NCBI GenBank assembly: GCA_964510575.1
Contig: CAZECN010000005.1
Coordinates: 18,518 to 82,517 of the forward strand
DNA from: an uncultured Bdellovibrionales bacterium
GTDB taxonomy: Bacteria > Bdellovibrionota_C > UBA2361 > SZUA-149 > CALKYB01
Reading direction: 5' to 3'
DNA: 64,000 nucleotides
The stretch's first letter is position 1; every line of letters begins with the position of its first letter. Made by a program: the position numbers and the translations under genes. Positions 45,775 to 57,406 of the stretch are shown here, piece after piece. The notes under the pieces are model-generated. The model did no database searches, had not been told where the DNA came from, and was given only the letters and a program-made list of their open reading frames with translations.

Positions 45775-45994
45775 TAGCCTAGACCTGCACTAGCTTAAAG
45801 GGCTCCCACGCCCTTTAAGCTATGATTATTAAGTTATCAACAAGCACCTTTACTGGTGCTTTTTTGTTTTTTGCTTTAGGGTTCGGCAGGATTTTACGTC
45901 AGCTAGGATTGTCTTATTCTATTCATTTTTATGGACCAAAGCCTAAAGGTTATGCTGACGAGTTTAACTTTATATAGAAAAAAATTAGGAAGCT

Positions 45995-46654
45995 ATGAAA
46001 TTTTCCAGAGCCTCTTTGAACATTCTTTTTTTGCTTATTGTTATTTCGATTTCTGGCTGTCGGAGCGCTTACTATGGTGCACTGGAAAAAGCGGGTTATC
46101 ATAAGCGAGATATTCTCGTAACTAGGGTGGAGAAAGCCCAGGAATCTCAAACTGAGGCCAAGGAGCAATTTGCTTCTGCTTTGGAGCAGTTTAGCTCCGT
46201 AGTGAACTTTGATGGTGGAAGCCTTGAGGATCGTTACAATGCTCTCAACTCAGAGTTTGAGAAGAGTGAAGCTAGAGCTGAAGATGTTAGCAAGAGAATC
46301 GACTCTGTGCAGTCCGTTGCTGAAGCTCTTTTTGACGAATGGGAAGATGAGCTTGATGCTTACTCTAGTCAGAACTTGAGGCGACAAAGTGAAAGACAGC
46401 TTAAAAACACCAACAGAAAGTATGAGGGATTGATCTCTGCGATGAGAAAAGCGGAGGAAAGAATTGATCCAGTGCTAGATGCTTTTAGAGACAATGTTCT
46501 CTACCTGAAACATAACCTCAACGCCCGAGCAGTATCGGCTCTAAAAGGGGAGCTCGTTACTGTTGAGCAAGATGTAGCTGGTCTGATACTTGAAATGGAA
46601 AAGTCTATTTCGGAGGCTGATGAGTTTATCAAAACTCTTGGTCAGCAGGCTTAG
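45995..46654 (+). CDS. DUF2959-like lipoprotein
   Basis: Lipobox LIVISISGC, then conserved YYGALEKAGYHKRDILVTRVEKAQESQ... characteristic of DUF2959 lipoproteins. Confidence 0.5.
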   Translation: MKFSRASLNILFLLIVISISGCRSAYYGALEKAGYHKRDILVTRVEKAQESQTEAKEQFASALEQFSSVVNFDGGSLEDRYNALNSEFEKSEARAEDVSKRIDSVQSVAEALFDEWEDELDAYSSQNLRRQSERQLKNTNRKYEGLISAMRKAEERIDPVLDAFRDNVLYLKHNLNARAVSALKGELVTVEQDVAGLILEMEKSISEADEFIKTLGQQA

Positions 46655-46694
46655 GAAGTTTTAACTTAATACTATATTCATAAAACACTCTCTC

Positions 46695-49600
46695 ATGTCT
46701 AAGCGAGACTCTTTAACGCTCGTAAAACAGCTATTGCAAGAAAAAATCCTGGTCCTTGATGGTGCCATGGGTACTATGATCCAAGGCTATAGTCTTGGTG
46801 AGAAGGATTTCAGGGGGGAGCGCTTTCAGTCTTGGGAAGGAGACTTGCAAGGAAACAACGATTTACTTTCGTTGACTCAACCCCAAATTATTGAAGAAAT
46901 TCACCGAAAGTATTTGGCAGCTGGGGCTGACGTAATATTCACCAATACTTTTAATTCTACCTCAGTCTCTCAAGCGGACTACGGAATGGAGAGTTTGGTA
47001 ACTGAGTTAAACTTGGCCTCTGCTAAGCTTGCAGTTGCCGCTGCCAAAGATTTTACAAGTCAAAGCCCGGATAAACCCAGGTTTGTTGCTGGATCTTTGG
47101 GGCCGACTAGTAAAACAACTTCAATGTCGCCTGATGTTAACGACCCTGGCTTTCGCGCTATTTCTTTTGACCAGTTGGTTGACTCATACTTTGAGCAGGC
47201 TTCGGCGTTGGTTGAAGGTGGAGTGGATATTGTTTTGATTGAAACCGTTTTCGATACGCTGAACGCCAAGGCGGCGCACATTGCTGTTCTTAAATGTTTC
47301 AGGGAGAAAGGAGTTGAACTTCCGGTAATGGTTTCAGGAACGATCACTGACGCTAGTGGTAGGACTTTGTCGGGTCAAACCCCTGAAGCTTTCTGGCGAT
47401 CAGTTTCTCACTTCCATAACATGGTTTCCGTGGGCTTCAACTGCGCATTGGGTGCCGAGCAACTTCGACCCTTTCTTAAAGAACTCTCTGATGTTGCTAC
47501 TGTCCCAGTAGCGGCTTACCCTAACGCTGGCCTGCCTAATGAATTTGGTGAGTATGACGAGACTCCGACTACCTTCGCAAAGTATATCGAAGATTTTGTT
47601 GAGTCAGGTTTCTTGAATGTAGTTGGAGGATGTTGCGGGACAACACCTGATCATATTCAGGCAGTGACTGATCTAGTTGATGGCAGAAAACCTCGTGAAA
47701 TCCCAAGTCAGCCGCCTGGCCTTTATTTATCAGGGTTGGAACCTCTTTCAATTACTTCAGAGACGAACTTTGTAAATATTGGTGAGAGAACTAATGTTTC
47801 TGGTTCCAGAAAATTTGCCCGCTTAATTCGAGAAGAGAACTATGACGAAGCTGTTTCAATAGCAGCAAGTCAGGTCGAGGGTGGGGCTCAGATAATAGAT
47901 ATAAACTTAGACGAGGGAATGCTTGACGGAGAGCAGGCCATGAATAGGTTTGTTAATTTATTAGCTGCGGAGCCAGAAATTGCTCGTGTTCCCTTTATGA
48001 TTGATTCTTCCAAATGGTCAGTGATTGAAGCTGGACTGAAATGCCTACAAGGAAAAGGAATAGTTAATTCAATCAGCCTTAAAGAAGGTGAAGAGGAATT
48101 TAAAAAACTCGCACAGCTCATACTCGACTATGGAGCGGCAGTGGTGGTGATGGCTTTTGATGAAAAGGGTCAAGCCGATAATACTGAGAGAAGAAAAGAA
48201 ATTTGTTCTAGGGCCTGGAAGATTTTAACTGAAGAAGTTGGTTTTAATCCAGAGGATATTATTTTCGATCCTAACATTCTTACTGTGGCCACAGGGATGG
48301 AAGAGCATAATGATTATGCTAAATCTTTTATAGAGTCCTGTAGATGGATCAAAGATAATCTTCTAGGAGCCAAAGTTAGCGGCGGAGTAAGTAATATTTC
48401 ATTTTCTTTTCGTGGCAATAACTTGGTTCGAGAAGCCATGCATTCGGCATTTCTATTCGAAGCAATTAAGGCTGGCTTGGATATGGGGATTGTAAATGCC
48501 GGGCAGCTAGCAATTTACGAAGATATTGAGCCTGAATTGAAACTGTTGGTTGAGGACGTGCTGCTCAACCGCCATCCTGAAGCGACTGAAAAGCTTATTG
48601 GCTATGCTGAGACGGTGAAGGGTAAAGGCAAGTCTTCGACTTCCAAAGCCGACTTGTCTTGGCGAGAGAAGCCAGTTGAGGAGCGCTTGGCTCATGCCCT
48701 CGTCAAGGGCATGGCGGAATATGTAGATGAAGACACCGAAGAGGCAAGACAAAAATACGGAAGTGCTTTGAAAGTTATCGAAGGACCACTAATGGATGGT
48801 ATGAACATCGTTGGTGATTTGTTTGGCTCTGGCAAAATGTTTTTACCCCAAGTGGTAAAGAGTGCTCGAGTGATGAAGAAGTCAGTGGCTTGGCTCACCC
48901 CTTACATGGAAGAGGAAAAGAAAAATCGGGAAGGTTCTTCTTCAACAGGTAAGGTCTTGCTCGCTACTGTAAAAGGGGATGTTCACGACATTGGCAAGAA
49001 TATTGTTGGAGTGGTTTTAGCTTGCAACAACTATGAGGTAGTCGATCTCGGGGTAATGGTTTCTTTTAATGAGATCAAAGAAAAAGCAATAGAGCACGAT
49101 GTCGACATTATCGGGCTTAGTGGGCTGATTACTCCGTCTCTGGATGAGATGATCAAGAATGCCGACGAGATGGAACGTTTGGAAATGAAAGTGCCCTTAC
49201 TTATTGGGGGAGCTACTACTTCTAGAAAGCACACTGCGGTAAAAATTGCGCCTCGTTATTCGGGACCAGTTATTCACGTCTCTGATGCGTCCCGAAGTGT
49301 CCCCGTAGTTTCTTCTTTGATTTCTCCGGAAGAAAGAGTGAAGCTTATTGAGGAGACTAGGGAAAAATACAAACTTATTGAAGAAGAGTTTCATAATCGA
49401 GCTCCTTCAGTTGCGTATTGGGACTTAGGCAAAGCCAGGGGAAATTCTCCAGAATTGCCTTGGCAGGATTATCAGCCGCCAGTTCCCAAAAAGGTGGGAG
49501 TTACGGTTGTCGACGACTGCTCTATAGAGGAAGTTGTTCCATTTATTGACTGGACACCTTTTTTCCAAACTTGGGAATTGAAAGGTGCTTACCCTGATAT

Positions 49601-50381
49601 TCTTTCCTCCCAACGCTATGGAAAAGAAGCGACCAAGGTCTTCAATGATGCTCAGGCGATGTTGGCTGAGATTATAAAAGAGAAGAAGATAAAACTACGG
49701 GGTGTGGTAGGTTTATTCCCGGCTCGAAAGAAGGGGGCCGATGATATTGAGGTGTTGTCTACTTCTGGAAAAGATTCTTTGGCAGTCCTCCATACCTTGA
49801 GACAGCAAGCTGAAAAAAGAGAAGATCAGTCTTCCTGGGCGTTGGCTGATTTCATATCTCCTCAAGATGATTTTGTTGGAATGTTCGCAGTTAATGCAGG
49901 CGATGGTGTTGATCAGCTTGCTAAGCAGTATGAAGAGGATTTGGACGACTATTCTAGCATTATGCTTAAAGCAGTTGCAGATCGCTTAGCCGAAGGCTTT
50001 GCGGAATATCTTCACTGGAGAGTTAGGAAGGATTACTGGGGTTACGCTCCTGATGAGAATCTTTCAGAGAAAGAAATTGTCAGAGAAAAATACCAAGGTA
50101 TAAGACCTGCTGCTGGATACCCAGCTTGTCCCGATCACACTGAAAAGCAGACTATTTGGGATTGCTTGCAGGTAGAGTCTAATATTGGTCTTAAGTTAAC
50201 TGAGAGCTTTGCGATGAGCCCAGGGTCTTCAGTTTCTGGACTTTACTTTTCTCACCCTAAGTCTCGCTACTTCGGGCTAGGTAAAATTTCTAAAGATCAA
50301 GTTCTAGACTATGCTCAAAGAAAGGGCTGGAGTGTGGACCAGACAGAAAAATGGTTAGGCCCGAACTTAAACTATCAGTAA
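46695..50381 (+). CDS. metH: Cobalamin-dependent methionine synthase
   Basis: 1228 aa with Hcy-binding, pterin-binding, B12-binding ([28 protein letters not shown]) and AdoMet-reactivation domains. Confidence 0.93.
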   Translation: MSKRDSLTLVKQLLQEKILVLDGAMGTMIQGYSLGEKDFRGERFQSWEGDLQGNNDLLSLTQPQIIEEIHRKYLAAGADVIFTNTFNSTSVSQADYGMESLVTELNLASAKLAVAAAKDFTSQSPDKPRFVAGSLGPTSKTTSMSPDVNDPGFRAISFDQLVDSYFEQASALVEGGVDIVLIETVFDTLNAKAAHIAVLKCFREKGVELPVMVSGTITDASGRTLSGQTPEAFWRSVSHFHNMVSVGFNCALGAEQLRPFLKELSDVATVPVAAYPNAGLPNEFGEYDETPTTFAKYIEDFVESGFLNVVGGCCGTTPDHIQAVTDLVDGRKPREIPSQPPGLYLSGLEPLSITSETNFVNIGERTNVSGSRKFARLIREENYDEAVSIAASQVEGGAQIIDINLDEGMLDGEQAMNRFVNLLAAEPEIARVPFMIDSSKWSVIEAGLKCLQGKGIVNSISLKEGEEEFKKLAQLILDYGAAVVVMAFDEKGQADNTERRKEICSRAWKILTEEVGFNPEDIIFDPNILTVATGMEEHNDYAKSFIESCRWIKDNLLGAKVSGGVSNISFSFRGNNLVREAMHSAFLFEAIKAGLDMGIVNAGQLAIYEDIEPELKLLVEDVLLNRHPEATEKLIGYAETVKGKGKSSTSKADLSWREKPVEERLAHALVKGMAEYVDEDTEEARQKYGSALKVIEGPLMDGMNIVGDLFGSGKMFLPQVVKSARVMKKSVAWLTPYMEEEKKNREGSSSTGKVLLATVKGDVHDIGKNIVGVVLACNNYEVVDLGVMVSFNEIKEKAIEHDVDIIGLSGLITPSLDEMIKNADEMERLEMKVPLLIGGATTSRKHTAVKIAPRYSGPVIHVSDASRSVPVVSSLISPEERVKLIEETREKYKLIEEEFHNRAPSVAYWDLGKARGNSPELPWQDYQPPVPKKVGVTVVDDCSIEEVVPFIDWTPFFQTWELKGAYPDILSSQRYGKEATKVFNDAQAMLAEIIKEKKIKLRGVVGLFPARKKGADDIEVLSTSGKDSLAVLHTLRQQAEKREDQSSWALADFISPQDDFVGMFAVNAGDGVDQLAKQYEEDLDDYSSIMLKAVADRLAEGFAEYLHWRVRKDYWGYAPDENLSEKEIVREKYQGIRPAAGYPACPDHTEKQTIWDCLQVESNIGLKLTESFAMSPGSSVSGLYFSHPKSRYFGLGKISKDQVLDYAQRKGWSVDQTEKWLGPNLNYQ

Positions 50382-50563
50382 TTTACTGCGCCTATTTTCC
50401 TTTTAGATTGGTTTTTATGGCTAATAGTCAGGTTTATCACTCATATTTGCGCAGATTTTTCTGCTTACTTTAAATTCCTTGAAGTAACTGCCGTCTATAC
50501 GTATACTTAAACCGTCGAGGATGCGGCGGTTTAGTTATAGCGTTTTTTTAGGAGGGCCATTTA

Positions 50564-51601
50564 ATGGACAAGCAGAGAAACAAGAAGCCAGCAGTTCTAA
50601 TATCTAGGCAAGATGTTGAGCAAAGCGAAAAAAGTGCTCCGGCTTTGCCTTCAGGAAAACTAGTCCGAAGAACCATGCTTCGGGCAGGACGAAAAGACCT
50701 AGCTAATATTAAATTCGATACTTCGTCACCCCTAGTTAGACAGAGTTGGCATAGTGATTCAAAACATGTGCTTTGCCTTAATGCCTACCCAAATGGCATT
50801 ACCGTCTCGCAGCACGAATGTTCCGAGGATTCCAAGTTTATTCTTGAAAGTTTTCAGCTGAGACTCCGGGATACGAGAGAGTTTAGACTTCCTAAAGGAA
50901 AGTATTATCTTTACCGAGATGCTGTGAGGACAGCCCTCGAAAAACATCTCTCAGCTCTTCATAAATCTGGTGTGCTTGCCAGGACGACGATTTATTTTGG
51001 AACAGTGACTGATCCTTTTCTATCTTTTCGCAAAAAATTCGATGTGACAATGGCTTGCCTGGAAGTTATCGAAAAGTTTAAGCCAGGGCGATTAGTAATA
51101 CAGACCCGGTCACCGATGGTTATTTCTGCTCTGCCGGCTCTGAAGGAACTTGCTGAACGCTCGGTAGTTTCAATTCCAGTGGAAACAATTTTGGAAGACT
51201 CTGTGTCTAGCTATACCCCAGGCCTTCCAGCTATTTCGGAACGGTTTGTTGCTGCAAGTGGACTTCGGCGACAAGGAGTTACTGTGAACTTACAAGTTGC
51301 ACCAGCTCTTCCTTATGGTGATTTTTACAAAGATGCTTGGAAGTTTGCAGAGCTGCTGGAATCTTACGGTGATTACATAACCTTTGGAAGCTTGGCCCTT
51401 GGTCGCAAAGAGGAAGAGCGACAATTGAAGCAATTTGCGATTTGTCAAAAACTAGCAGCCGATAAAAGGTACCATTTCTTGAGACCTTATAGTTACCGGA
51501 ATATCTTTAAGGCTTTGCAGGAAATTGCCCCTGAGAAGTTAGAGTTGCCGGTTAGAGAGGATGGAAGTAAGTCTAAGCAACTAAACCTCTTCGCAGCCTA
51601 G
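50564..51601 (+). CDS. Hypothetical protein (no confident domain assignment)
   Basis: 345-aa ORF with good coding character; no CxxxCxxC or other signature recognised. Confidence 0.4.
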   Translation: MDKQRNKKPAVLISRQDVEQSEKSAPALPSGKLVRRTMLRAGRKDLANIKFDTSSPLVRQSWHSDSKHVLCLNAYPNGITVSQHECSEDSKFILESFQLRLRDTREFRLPKGKYYLYRDAVRTALEKHLSALHKSGVLARTTIYFGTVTDPFLSFRKKFDVTMACLEVIEKFKPGRLVIQTRSPMVISALPALKELAERSVVSIPVETILEDSVSSYTPGLPAISERFVAASGLRRQGVTVNLQVAPALPYGDFYKDAWKFAELLESYGDYITFGSLALGRKEEERQLKQFAICQKLAADKRYHFLRPYSYRNIFKALQEIAPEKLELPVREDGSKSKQLNLFAA

Positions 51602-51659
51602 TCTATACAAAGAGAGATTTCACTAACACGCGAATCTTATGAGGGTTAGCTTCTTAATT

Positions 51660-54600
51660 CTAGTTACAGGATTGAGTAAAGCCGCAACCCAAGTAGTATT
51701 TGAGGAGTCCAGTACCTTGCTGAGAAATATAGAGCCGGCCATCCTTTGACACATCAAGCCCAGTAGGTGATGAAACGGAGTTTCTAAAATTTTCCGGAGT
51801 TACTTTAATAAAAGAGGTGTCATTCTTGGGATCTTCCATCATATATAGCTCTGCAGCTCTCGAGCTTTGAGCATCTGGTTGCTCAACTAGCCATAGATTT
51901 CCATTTAGTCCAAACCGAATCGGTCCAGGCCGTAGAATCCTTTCGTTACCTGAGTGCTGTGTAAGATCAGTTATACCAGCGCTTCCGGGTTCTCCATAGA
52001 TTCTAGTTTTTGCTGATGTTAGCCTGTATACTTTAAACCTTGTTCCTATTGGTGATGAGTTACGGCCTTGGATAGATAGGTATACTATAGAAGCATTCTT
52101 ATCGTCTGCTGTTAAGTAGCCAGTCTTATAAAAATCATTATTGTTGAATTCCATGCTGGGCCAAATATTTTCCCAGTTTTGCCCACCATCGTTAGAACGA
52201 TAGAAACCACTTGATAAGTCCAATAGGTAAACGGTTCCAGAGTTACGAGAATTGGGCCAAATCATATTCGTTCGGTCAGTTGCTCCAATTGAAACTCCAT
52301 TGGCTTTTCTCCACCTATTGTTATGATACCTAAATACACCTTCTCCTTCTACTGCCGCCAAAATGGTTTGAGAAGTTGAAGAGCTACCGTCGTGGTGACC
52401 ATAAGCCACAGCTCTAACTCTGCCATCTGTTGAATTGGTAGCCGCACTCAGGTTTAAGTTTTTCCACCCAGAGCCGAGGTTAGAGCCAACTTGAGCAGAG
52501 GGTTTGGTAAATACTTCACCACCTCGATTGAGATCTCTGTCTCCAACACCTACTATTAGTTCGTTGGCGACAGTATCGAAAAGGACTTGATATGCCCTAG
52601 ATTCTGAACCGTCTGGTTTATCTCGGACGATATCTTCGTTTTCAAACCTACTTCTAGTATGAAGAACCACATAGTCTGTATTGGCTAAAACGACTTGGCT
52701 AGGGTTATTTGGATTGACTGCTACTCCGTTGTTTGCCGTGGCTTGCATGTTATAGACAGCCGGAATCCATTCTGAGCCACCGTTTTCGGACTTCCAAATT
52801 CCACCTCTTCCAGATAAATAAATTATGTCATCCGTTACAAACTCTTCGAAACGACCGAGGGCAATATCTATAGAGCTGACAACATTATTGGATCGACCTA
52901 GACCTGCTTCTGGGAAGGCGTCAGTTCGGTACCACCAATCGTATGATTGCCCATAAATTTGATCATTGACGTTACTATTGGCATCAACCAAAGGAGTCCA
53001 GCTATTTCCACCATTGACTGTTCTCCAAACGCTAGAGTAGTTGCTGTTTGCTAAGCGTCCACCAAAGTTAGATACGGCAGCGTAAACTATGTCTTGATTT
53101 CCTTTTACGTATCCGGTTACCGCAGACCACTGTCTATTTGAGTTTCCTCTTGATAATCCTTCTGACTTGATAGCCCAAGAGCTACCGTTAAACTTGACGA
53201 TTCCTTTATCGCCAATTGCCGCATAGACATTGCCGTTACTTAAGACAGTTAGTCCCTCAGGTCTAAGAGTGGAGTAAGAAAGAGAGGATCTTGGAGAGAA
53301 CGCGTTACTGTAGTCAATTTTATAGATTCCATTTAAGGAGCTGTTCGCAAATTGAATTGCAGCAAAGACGGTTTTTGGTAAGGAAGGATGATGTGCTACG
53401 GACCGGACAAACCCAGCTGTATTTACAGCTGATGCTTCCCTGTTCCCTCCTTGGGTAAATATCCGAACTCCATTCTTGTACGTGCCTGCGATGATAATAT
53501 CGTCGGTGTGAACCCGGGAATTGGAACCGGGATCTACAACTATCAGATCACCATTTGAGCGAGGATGGCCACTGGGGACAGGATCGCCACTTGCTGAATG
53601 ATTCCCAGCAAATTGGGCTTTGACTCCTTCTCCTGTTATTTCCCAAGTCTCACCTCCATTTAGTGATCTATAAAGACCACCAGAGCCACCTTTATCGCCT
53701 GTGCCAGCGTATAGAATTTGTTGATTGTCTGGAGTGATGGCCAGAGATGCTACTTTTGGACTTCGCAGACCCTGATTTCGGTTTTCATAGCGAAAGCCCC
53801 CATCGGTAGATTTGAAGATTCCTGATACATCAGCAGAAGAATATACAGTAAGTCCATCATCTGAAATTGTGACGTCACTTTGAAATCCCGCGCCATTGGT
53901 ATTGTTCTCAACCATGACCATTGAGAAAGGGTCGCCTCCTCCAGAGGAAGAGCCACTACTGGAGCCGGAACTACTTGAAGAAGTTGAGCTACTAGAGGTT
54001 TGGTTAGTGCCTGAGGATGAAGAACTACCATTAGGACCTGAACTGCTTGAAGAAGATGAACTGATACCGTTCCCTGGACCAGATGAAGAAGAACTAGGAC
54101 TGGGGATAGGCGTAATGTCTCCATCAAACCCTCTAGAGCTTCTTTTCATTGATCCGGGAATTAAGAATATATTTCCGATGCGGCCTTGAGAGTCGGGAAT
54201 AGTACGAAGAACGGAAGCACCTAACCTAGCGCTAGCAGTACCTTCAATTTTAATACTTCCTATTGTATCAGGTCCGAAGGTGAACCCAGCATTTATGTCT
54301 CTGCTCGATGAACTCAGTAACTTGAGTTGCTCTGAGCCTATCATTTCACCAGCAGTGTTGAAGGATTTAAAACGTACATTCGCAGCTCCTTCAGGGCCGT
54401 TCTCTAGTTTTAACCAGTTTAAGGAACCGAGAAAGGTGTTCACCGGTAATGAAAAATAAATTGTATCACCATCAGCTATTTCGTTGGTGGGCAGGGTTTG
54501 TAGGCCGTAGGCCCACGCAACTGAATTTTTATTGTGAGAACCTATTTGAACCGTTTGAGCTATGATTGAGTCAGAACTATTCGAGCATCTCAGATCTATA

Positions 54601-55613
54601 TTTGAAATAGCGCCATTTTTTTCAGAGTCAATTATCGAATCTAGTTGCAAACGGTATTTTTCATTTTCTGCCAGCGAGATTGATAACTCTTCAATTAGTT
54701 CTCCACTTTGGTTTAGGATTTCTGCCTGAATAGAAGATGGTCTGTTCTTTAAATTGGCTATTTCTAACCAAGAACTTCCAAAGCTACTACCCATTGTAGA
54801 TGCTTGAAGACTCAGGGTCGGACAATCAGTCTTTTTTGCAAACGATGGCAAAGCGAAGCTGAGACTATTGCTTGTAGTATCTTTTCCGAATTGAACTAGG
54901 AAAGCTTGGTAAGCTTGGTTGTTGTCGTTTGGCGAGATTAGGTAACTGCCGGGAGAGTTAGGGGTCCTCAAGGATGCTGAAACATCAATTCGGCCTTTAG
55001 GCGGTATTGAATCAATTGTGATGGTGTCAAAAAGAGATCCAGTTTCATCGAAAAATTTGACGCTAGCCCCAAATGGTTTGGCGGAGGGGTTTACTACGGT
55101 GAGCCAGCTATTCGAGATTTCACTGTTACTTCTTCCTTCAACGGCTGAAATTAATCCTCCTCTTTGACCTTGGTTGCCAGAGGAAACAGGAATGGCGTAG
55201 ATAAAGTCACTTCTTTTTCCGGATTGATCGCTAGTAGGTCTGTAAATAACAGTTCTGCAGTTTAAGGATGCTACCTGTTCAGATTGAAGATTAAAGCTTC
55301 CATATGTGTCATTGATTGAAAAAGCTTGATTGACGATTCGATGAACACTTCCATGTCCTGGAATTTGGAAAGAATCGGTTGTCAGCTTTTCACCTTGGTC
55401 GGAATTATAGCTAATTCTAACGTTTTGAGTAGTGGATGAGCTATTTTCGCATTCTATGATATTTGTTTGATTTACGAACCCGTTGTAGACGCCAATGATA
55501 TTCTCTTGTTCTGCCAAGGTAATTGAGGCAGGGGCCACTAAAGCCAAGCTTAGACCGATTGAAGCGATATGGCCTCTAAAGGATCTGTTTTTTTGATTAA
55601 TTTTTGTCGACAT
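51660..55613 (-). CDS. Large secreted BNR/Asp-box repeat protein (sortilin/Ycf48-like beta-propeller) with poly-Ser linker
   Basis: Signal peptide. Multiple Asp-box motifs (YRSLNGGETW, WRTVNGGNSW, WKSENGGSEW, YRSNDGGQNW, FKSTDGGFRY). Ser-rich linker ~aa 500-560. 1317 aa. Confidence 0.65.
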   Translation of the reverse strand: MSTKINQKNRSFRGHIASIGLSLALVAPASITLAEQENIIGVYNGFVNQTNIIECENSSSTTQNVRISYNSDQGEKLTTDSFQIPGHGSVHRIVNQAFSINDTYGSFNLQSEQVASLNCRTVIYRPTSDQSGKRSDFIYAIPVSSGNQGQRGGLISAVEGRSNSEISNSWLTVVNPSAKPFGASVKFFDETGSLFDTITIDSIPPKGRIDVSASLRTPNSPGSYLISPNDNNQAYQAFLVQFGKDTTSNSLSFALPSFAKKTDCPTLSLQASTMGSSFGSSWLEIANLKNRPSSIQAEILNQSGELIEELSISLAENEKYRLQLDSIIDSEKNGAISNIDLRCSNSSDSIIAQTVQIGSHNKNSVAWAYGLQTLPTNEIADGDTIYFSLPVNTFLGSLNWLKLENGPEGAANVRFKSFNTAGEMIGSEQLKLLSSSSRDINAGFTFGPDTIGSIKIEGTASARLGASVLRTIPDSQGRIGNIFLIPGSMKRSSRGFDGDITPIPSPSSSSSGPGNGISSSSSSSSGPNGSSSSSGTNQTSSSSTSSSSSGSSSGSSSGGGDPFSMVMVENNTNGAGFQSDVTISDDGLTVYSSADVSGIFKSTDGGFRYENRNQGLRSPKVASLAITPDNQQILYAGTGDKGGSGGLYRSLNGGETWEITGEGVKAQFAGNHSASGDPVPSGHPRSNGDLIVVDPGSNSRVHTDDIIIAGTYKNGVRIFTQGGNREASAVNTAGFVRSVAHHPSLPKTVFAAIQFANSSLNGIYKIDYSNAFSPRSSLSYSTLRPEGLTVLSNGNVYAAIGDKGIVKFNGSSWAIKSEGLSRGNSNRQWSAVTGYVKGNQDIVYAAVSNFGGRLANSNYSSVWRTVNGGNSWTPLVDANSNVNDQIYGQSYDWWYRTDAFPEAGLGRSNNVVSSIDIALGRFEEFVTDDIIYLSGRGGIWKSENGGSEWIPAVYNMQATANNGVAVNPNNPSQVVLANTDYVVLHTRSRFENEDIVRDKPDGSESRAYQVLFDTVANELIVGVGDRDLNRGGEVFTKPSAQVGSNLGSGWKNLNLSAATNSTDGRVRAVAYGHHDGSSSTSQTILAAVEGEGVFRYHNNRWRKANGVSIGATDRTNMIWPNSRNSGTVYLLDLSSGFYRSNDGGQNWENIWPSMEFNNNDFYKTGYLTADDKNASIVYLSIQGRNSSPIGTRFKVYRLTSAKTRIYGEPGSAGITDLTQHSGNERILRPGPIRFGLNGNLWLVEQPDAQSSRAAELYMMEDPKNDTSFIKVTPENFRNSVSSPTGLDVSKDGRLYISQQGTGLLKYYLGCGFTQSCN

Positions 55614-55862
55614 TGAAGATTTCCATGATAGCTTTTTTGGATGAAATATTTGAGTTAGAATTCAGTTGATCCCATGGTGCCAATGAAAATGTTACACCCT
55701 TAGCTAACTACTCGGCATATTTGGATAAAAGCTTTAGTGTTTGGATGAGTTAAAAGTCATTAAAATCGATTTTGGAATGCTGAATCTATTTACTTGATTT
55801 GCACGTCTAGAGAGCCAAATTACTAGTAAGATAACACTTTTCCATGTTAACTTTTATCGCCT

Positions 55863-56420
55863 ATGGGAACTGTTTTTTTAGATCGAGATGGCACAATAAA
55901 TATTGACACTGGCTATGTGAGTGACGCTAGTGCCTTGGAATTGATTGACGGAGCGGCACGAGCAATCGGTGACCTGAAAAGAGCGGGTTGGGAAATCGTT
56001 ATAGTTAGCAACCAAAGTGGTATTGGCCGAGGTTTGATTCAGCTGGAACAATTGACCGAGGTCAATTGTAAGTTGGATCAGCTATTGCTTGAAGGTGATG
56101 CAGACGCTGTAATTGATTTTAGCTTCTTCTGTCCGCATGCTCCAAAGGAGCAATGTGCTTGTCGAAAGCCCTTCGCTGGAATGCTAGATCCTTATCTCGC
56201 TCAAGGAGATTTTTCGGCGGAAAACAGTTGGATAGTCGGAGACAAACTATCTGATATAGGTCTGGGGGCTTCTTTAGGTATTCCTGGAAAACAGCAAATT
56301 CTAGTAAAAACTGGTAAAGGAGCTGATGAAATTGCTGGGATTAGCTCTTTAGGTTACGAGCCAGTAGTAGTAGACTCTCTGCGGGAAGCGGGCGAGCTGA
56401 TTTTGAGTTCCATTATATAG
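55863..56420 (+). CDS. gmhB: D-glycero-D-manno-heptose 1,7-bisphosphate phosphatase (HAD IIIA)
   Basis: FLDRDGTIN motif I, SNQSGIGRG, Zn-binding CPH..C.CRKP, GDKLSD. Confidence 0.8.
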   Translation: MGTVFLDRDGTINIDTGYVSDASALELIDGAARAIGDLKRAGWEIVIVSNQSGIGRGLIQLEQLTEVNCKLDQLLLEGDADAVIDFSFFCPHAPKEQCACRKPFAGMLDPYLAQGDFSAENSWIVGDKLSDIGLGASLGIPGKQQILVKTGKGADEIAGISSLGYEPVVVDSLREAGELILSSII

Positions 56421-56429
56421 TTTGAAGGG

Positions 56430-57401
56430 GTGAACATGCGCTGTGTTGTGACAGGGGTTGCTGGATTTATTGGCTCTAGCCTGGCTGACAGGATTCTTCA
56501 AGATGGTGGAGAAGTCATCGGTATTGACTGTTTTATCGATTACTATCCCAGAGAGATGAAAGAAAGAAACTTGGAGAAAGCTAGATCTTTCGACAAGTTC
56601 ACTTTTCATGAAGCTGACCTCAATAGCTTAGACTTGGCAGAGATCTGTGCTGGGGTGGACTATATTTTTCACCAAGCAGCTCAAGCTGGTGTTCGAGCTA
56701 GTTGGGGTGAGCAGTTCTCTATCTATACCGATAATAATATTCAAGCTTCTCAACGTCTTTTAGAAGCTTGTCGGAGTGAGCAAGTTAAAAGCTCTTTGAA
56801 AAAATTGGTTTACGCTTCTAGTTCCTCAGTATACGGAAATGCTCAAACTTTACCGACAACCGAAGACTTGCGTCCTCAACCCGTTAGCCCCTATGGAGTG
56901 AGTAAGTTAGCTGCAGAGCACCTGATGGGTCTTTATAGCCAAGAGTTTGGAGTGCCTACAGCTAGTTTAAGGTATTTTACTGTTTACGGACCTAGGCATC
57001 GACCGGACATGGCCTTTCACAGGTTTTTAAAAGCTGGTCTGACCGATACGTCGTTGACGTTGTTTGATGATGGAGAGCAATCTAGAGATTTTACGTTTAT
57101 TGATGACGTGCTTCAGGCCAATCTCGATGCTGCAAAGTATGAAGGCAGTGAGTTAGTTTTCAATATTGGAGGGGGATCTAGAGTTTCCATGAATCAGGTT
57201 ATTGAAAAAATGGAATCAATACTTGGAAAATCTTTAAAAGTGGAGAGAGGACCTCGTCAAAAAGGAGATGTTAAACATACTGGAGCGGACACTTTTAGGG
57301 CTCGCGAAGGTTTTGGTTATTCTCCGAAAGTGTCCTTAGAAGAAGGTCTCAAGGCGGAAGCAGATTGGTTGGAGCAAGTGGTACTTAAGTCTGGCAGCTA
57401 G
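56430..57401 (+). CDS. NAD-dependent sugar-nucleotide epimerase/dehydratase (extended SDR)
   Basis: VTGVAGFIGSSL Rossmann motif, YASSSSVYG, YxxxK (YGVSKLAAE). Confidence 0.75.
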   Translation: MNMRCVVTGVAGFIGSSLADRILQDGGEVIGIDCFIDYYPREMKERNLEKARSFDKFTFHEADLNSLDLAEICAGVDYIFHQAAQAGVRASWGEQFSIYTDNNIQASQRLLEACRSEQVKSSLKKLVYASSSSVYGNAQTLPTTEDLRPQPVSPYGVSKLAAEHLMGLYSQEFGVPTASLRYFTVYGPRHRPDMAFHRFLKAGLTDTSLTLFDDGEQSRDFTFIDDVLQANLDAAKYEGSELVFNIGGGSRVSMNQVIEKMESILGKSLKVERGPRQKGDVKHTGADTFRAREGFGYSPKVSLEEGLKAEADWLEQVVLKSGS

Positions 57402-57406
57402 ATGAA

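Noticed and set aside
50382-50563. Hairpin AAACCG...CGGTTT after metH as a terminator
   Set aside because: Stem is imperfect and not followed by a T-run; not strong enough to annotate.
53750-54189. Two ORFs (125 aa minus, 97 aa plus) inside the BNR-repeat gene
   Set aside because: Both arise from the poly-Ser/Gly-encoding region of the 1317-aa gene, as compositional artefacts.
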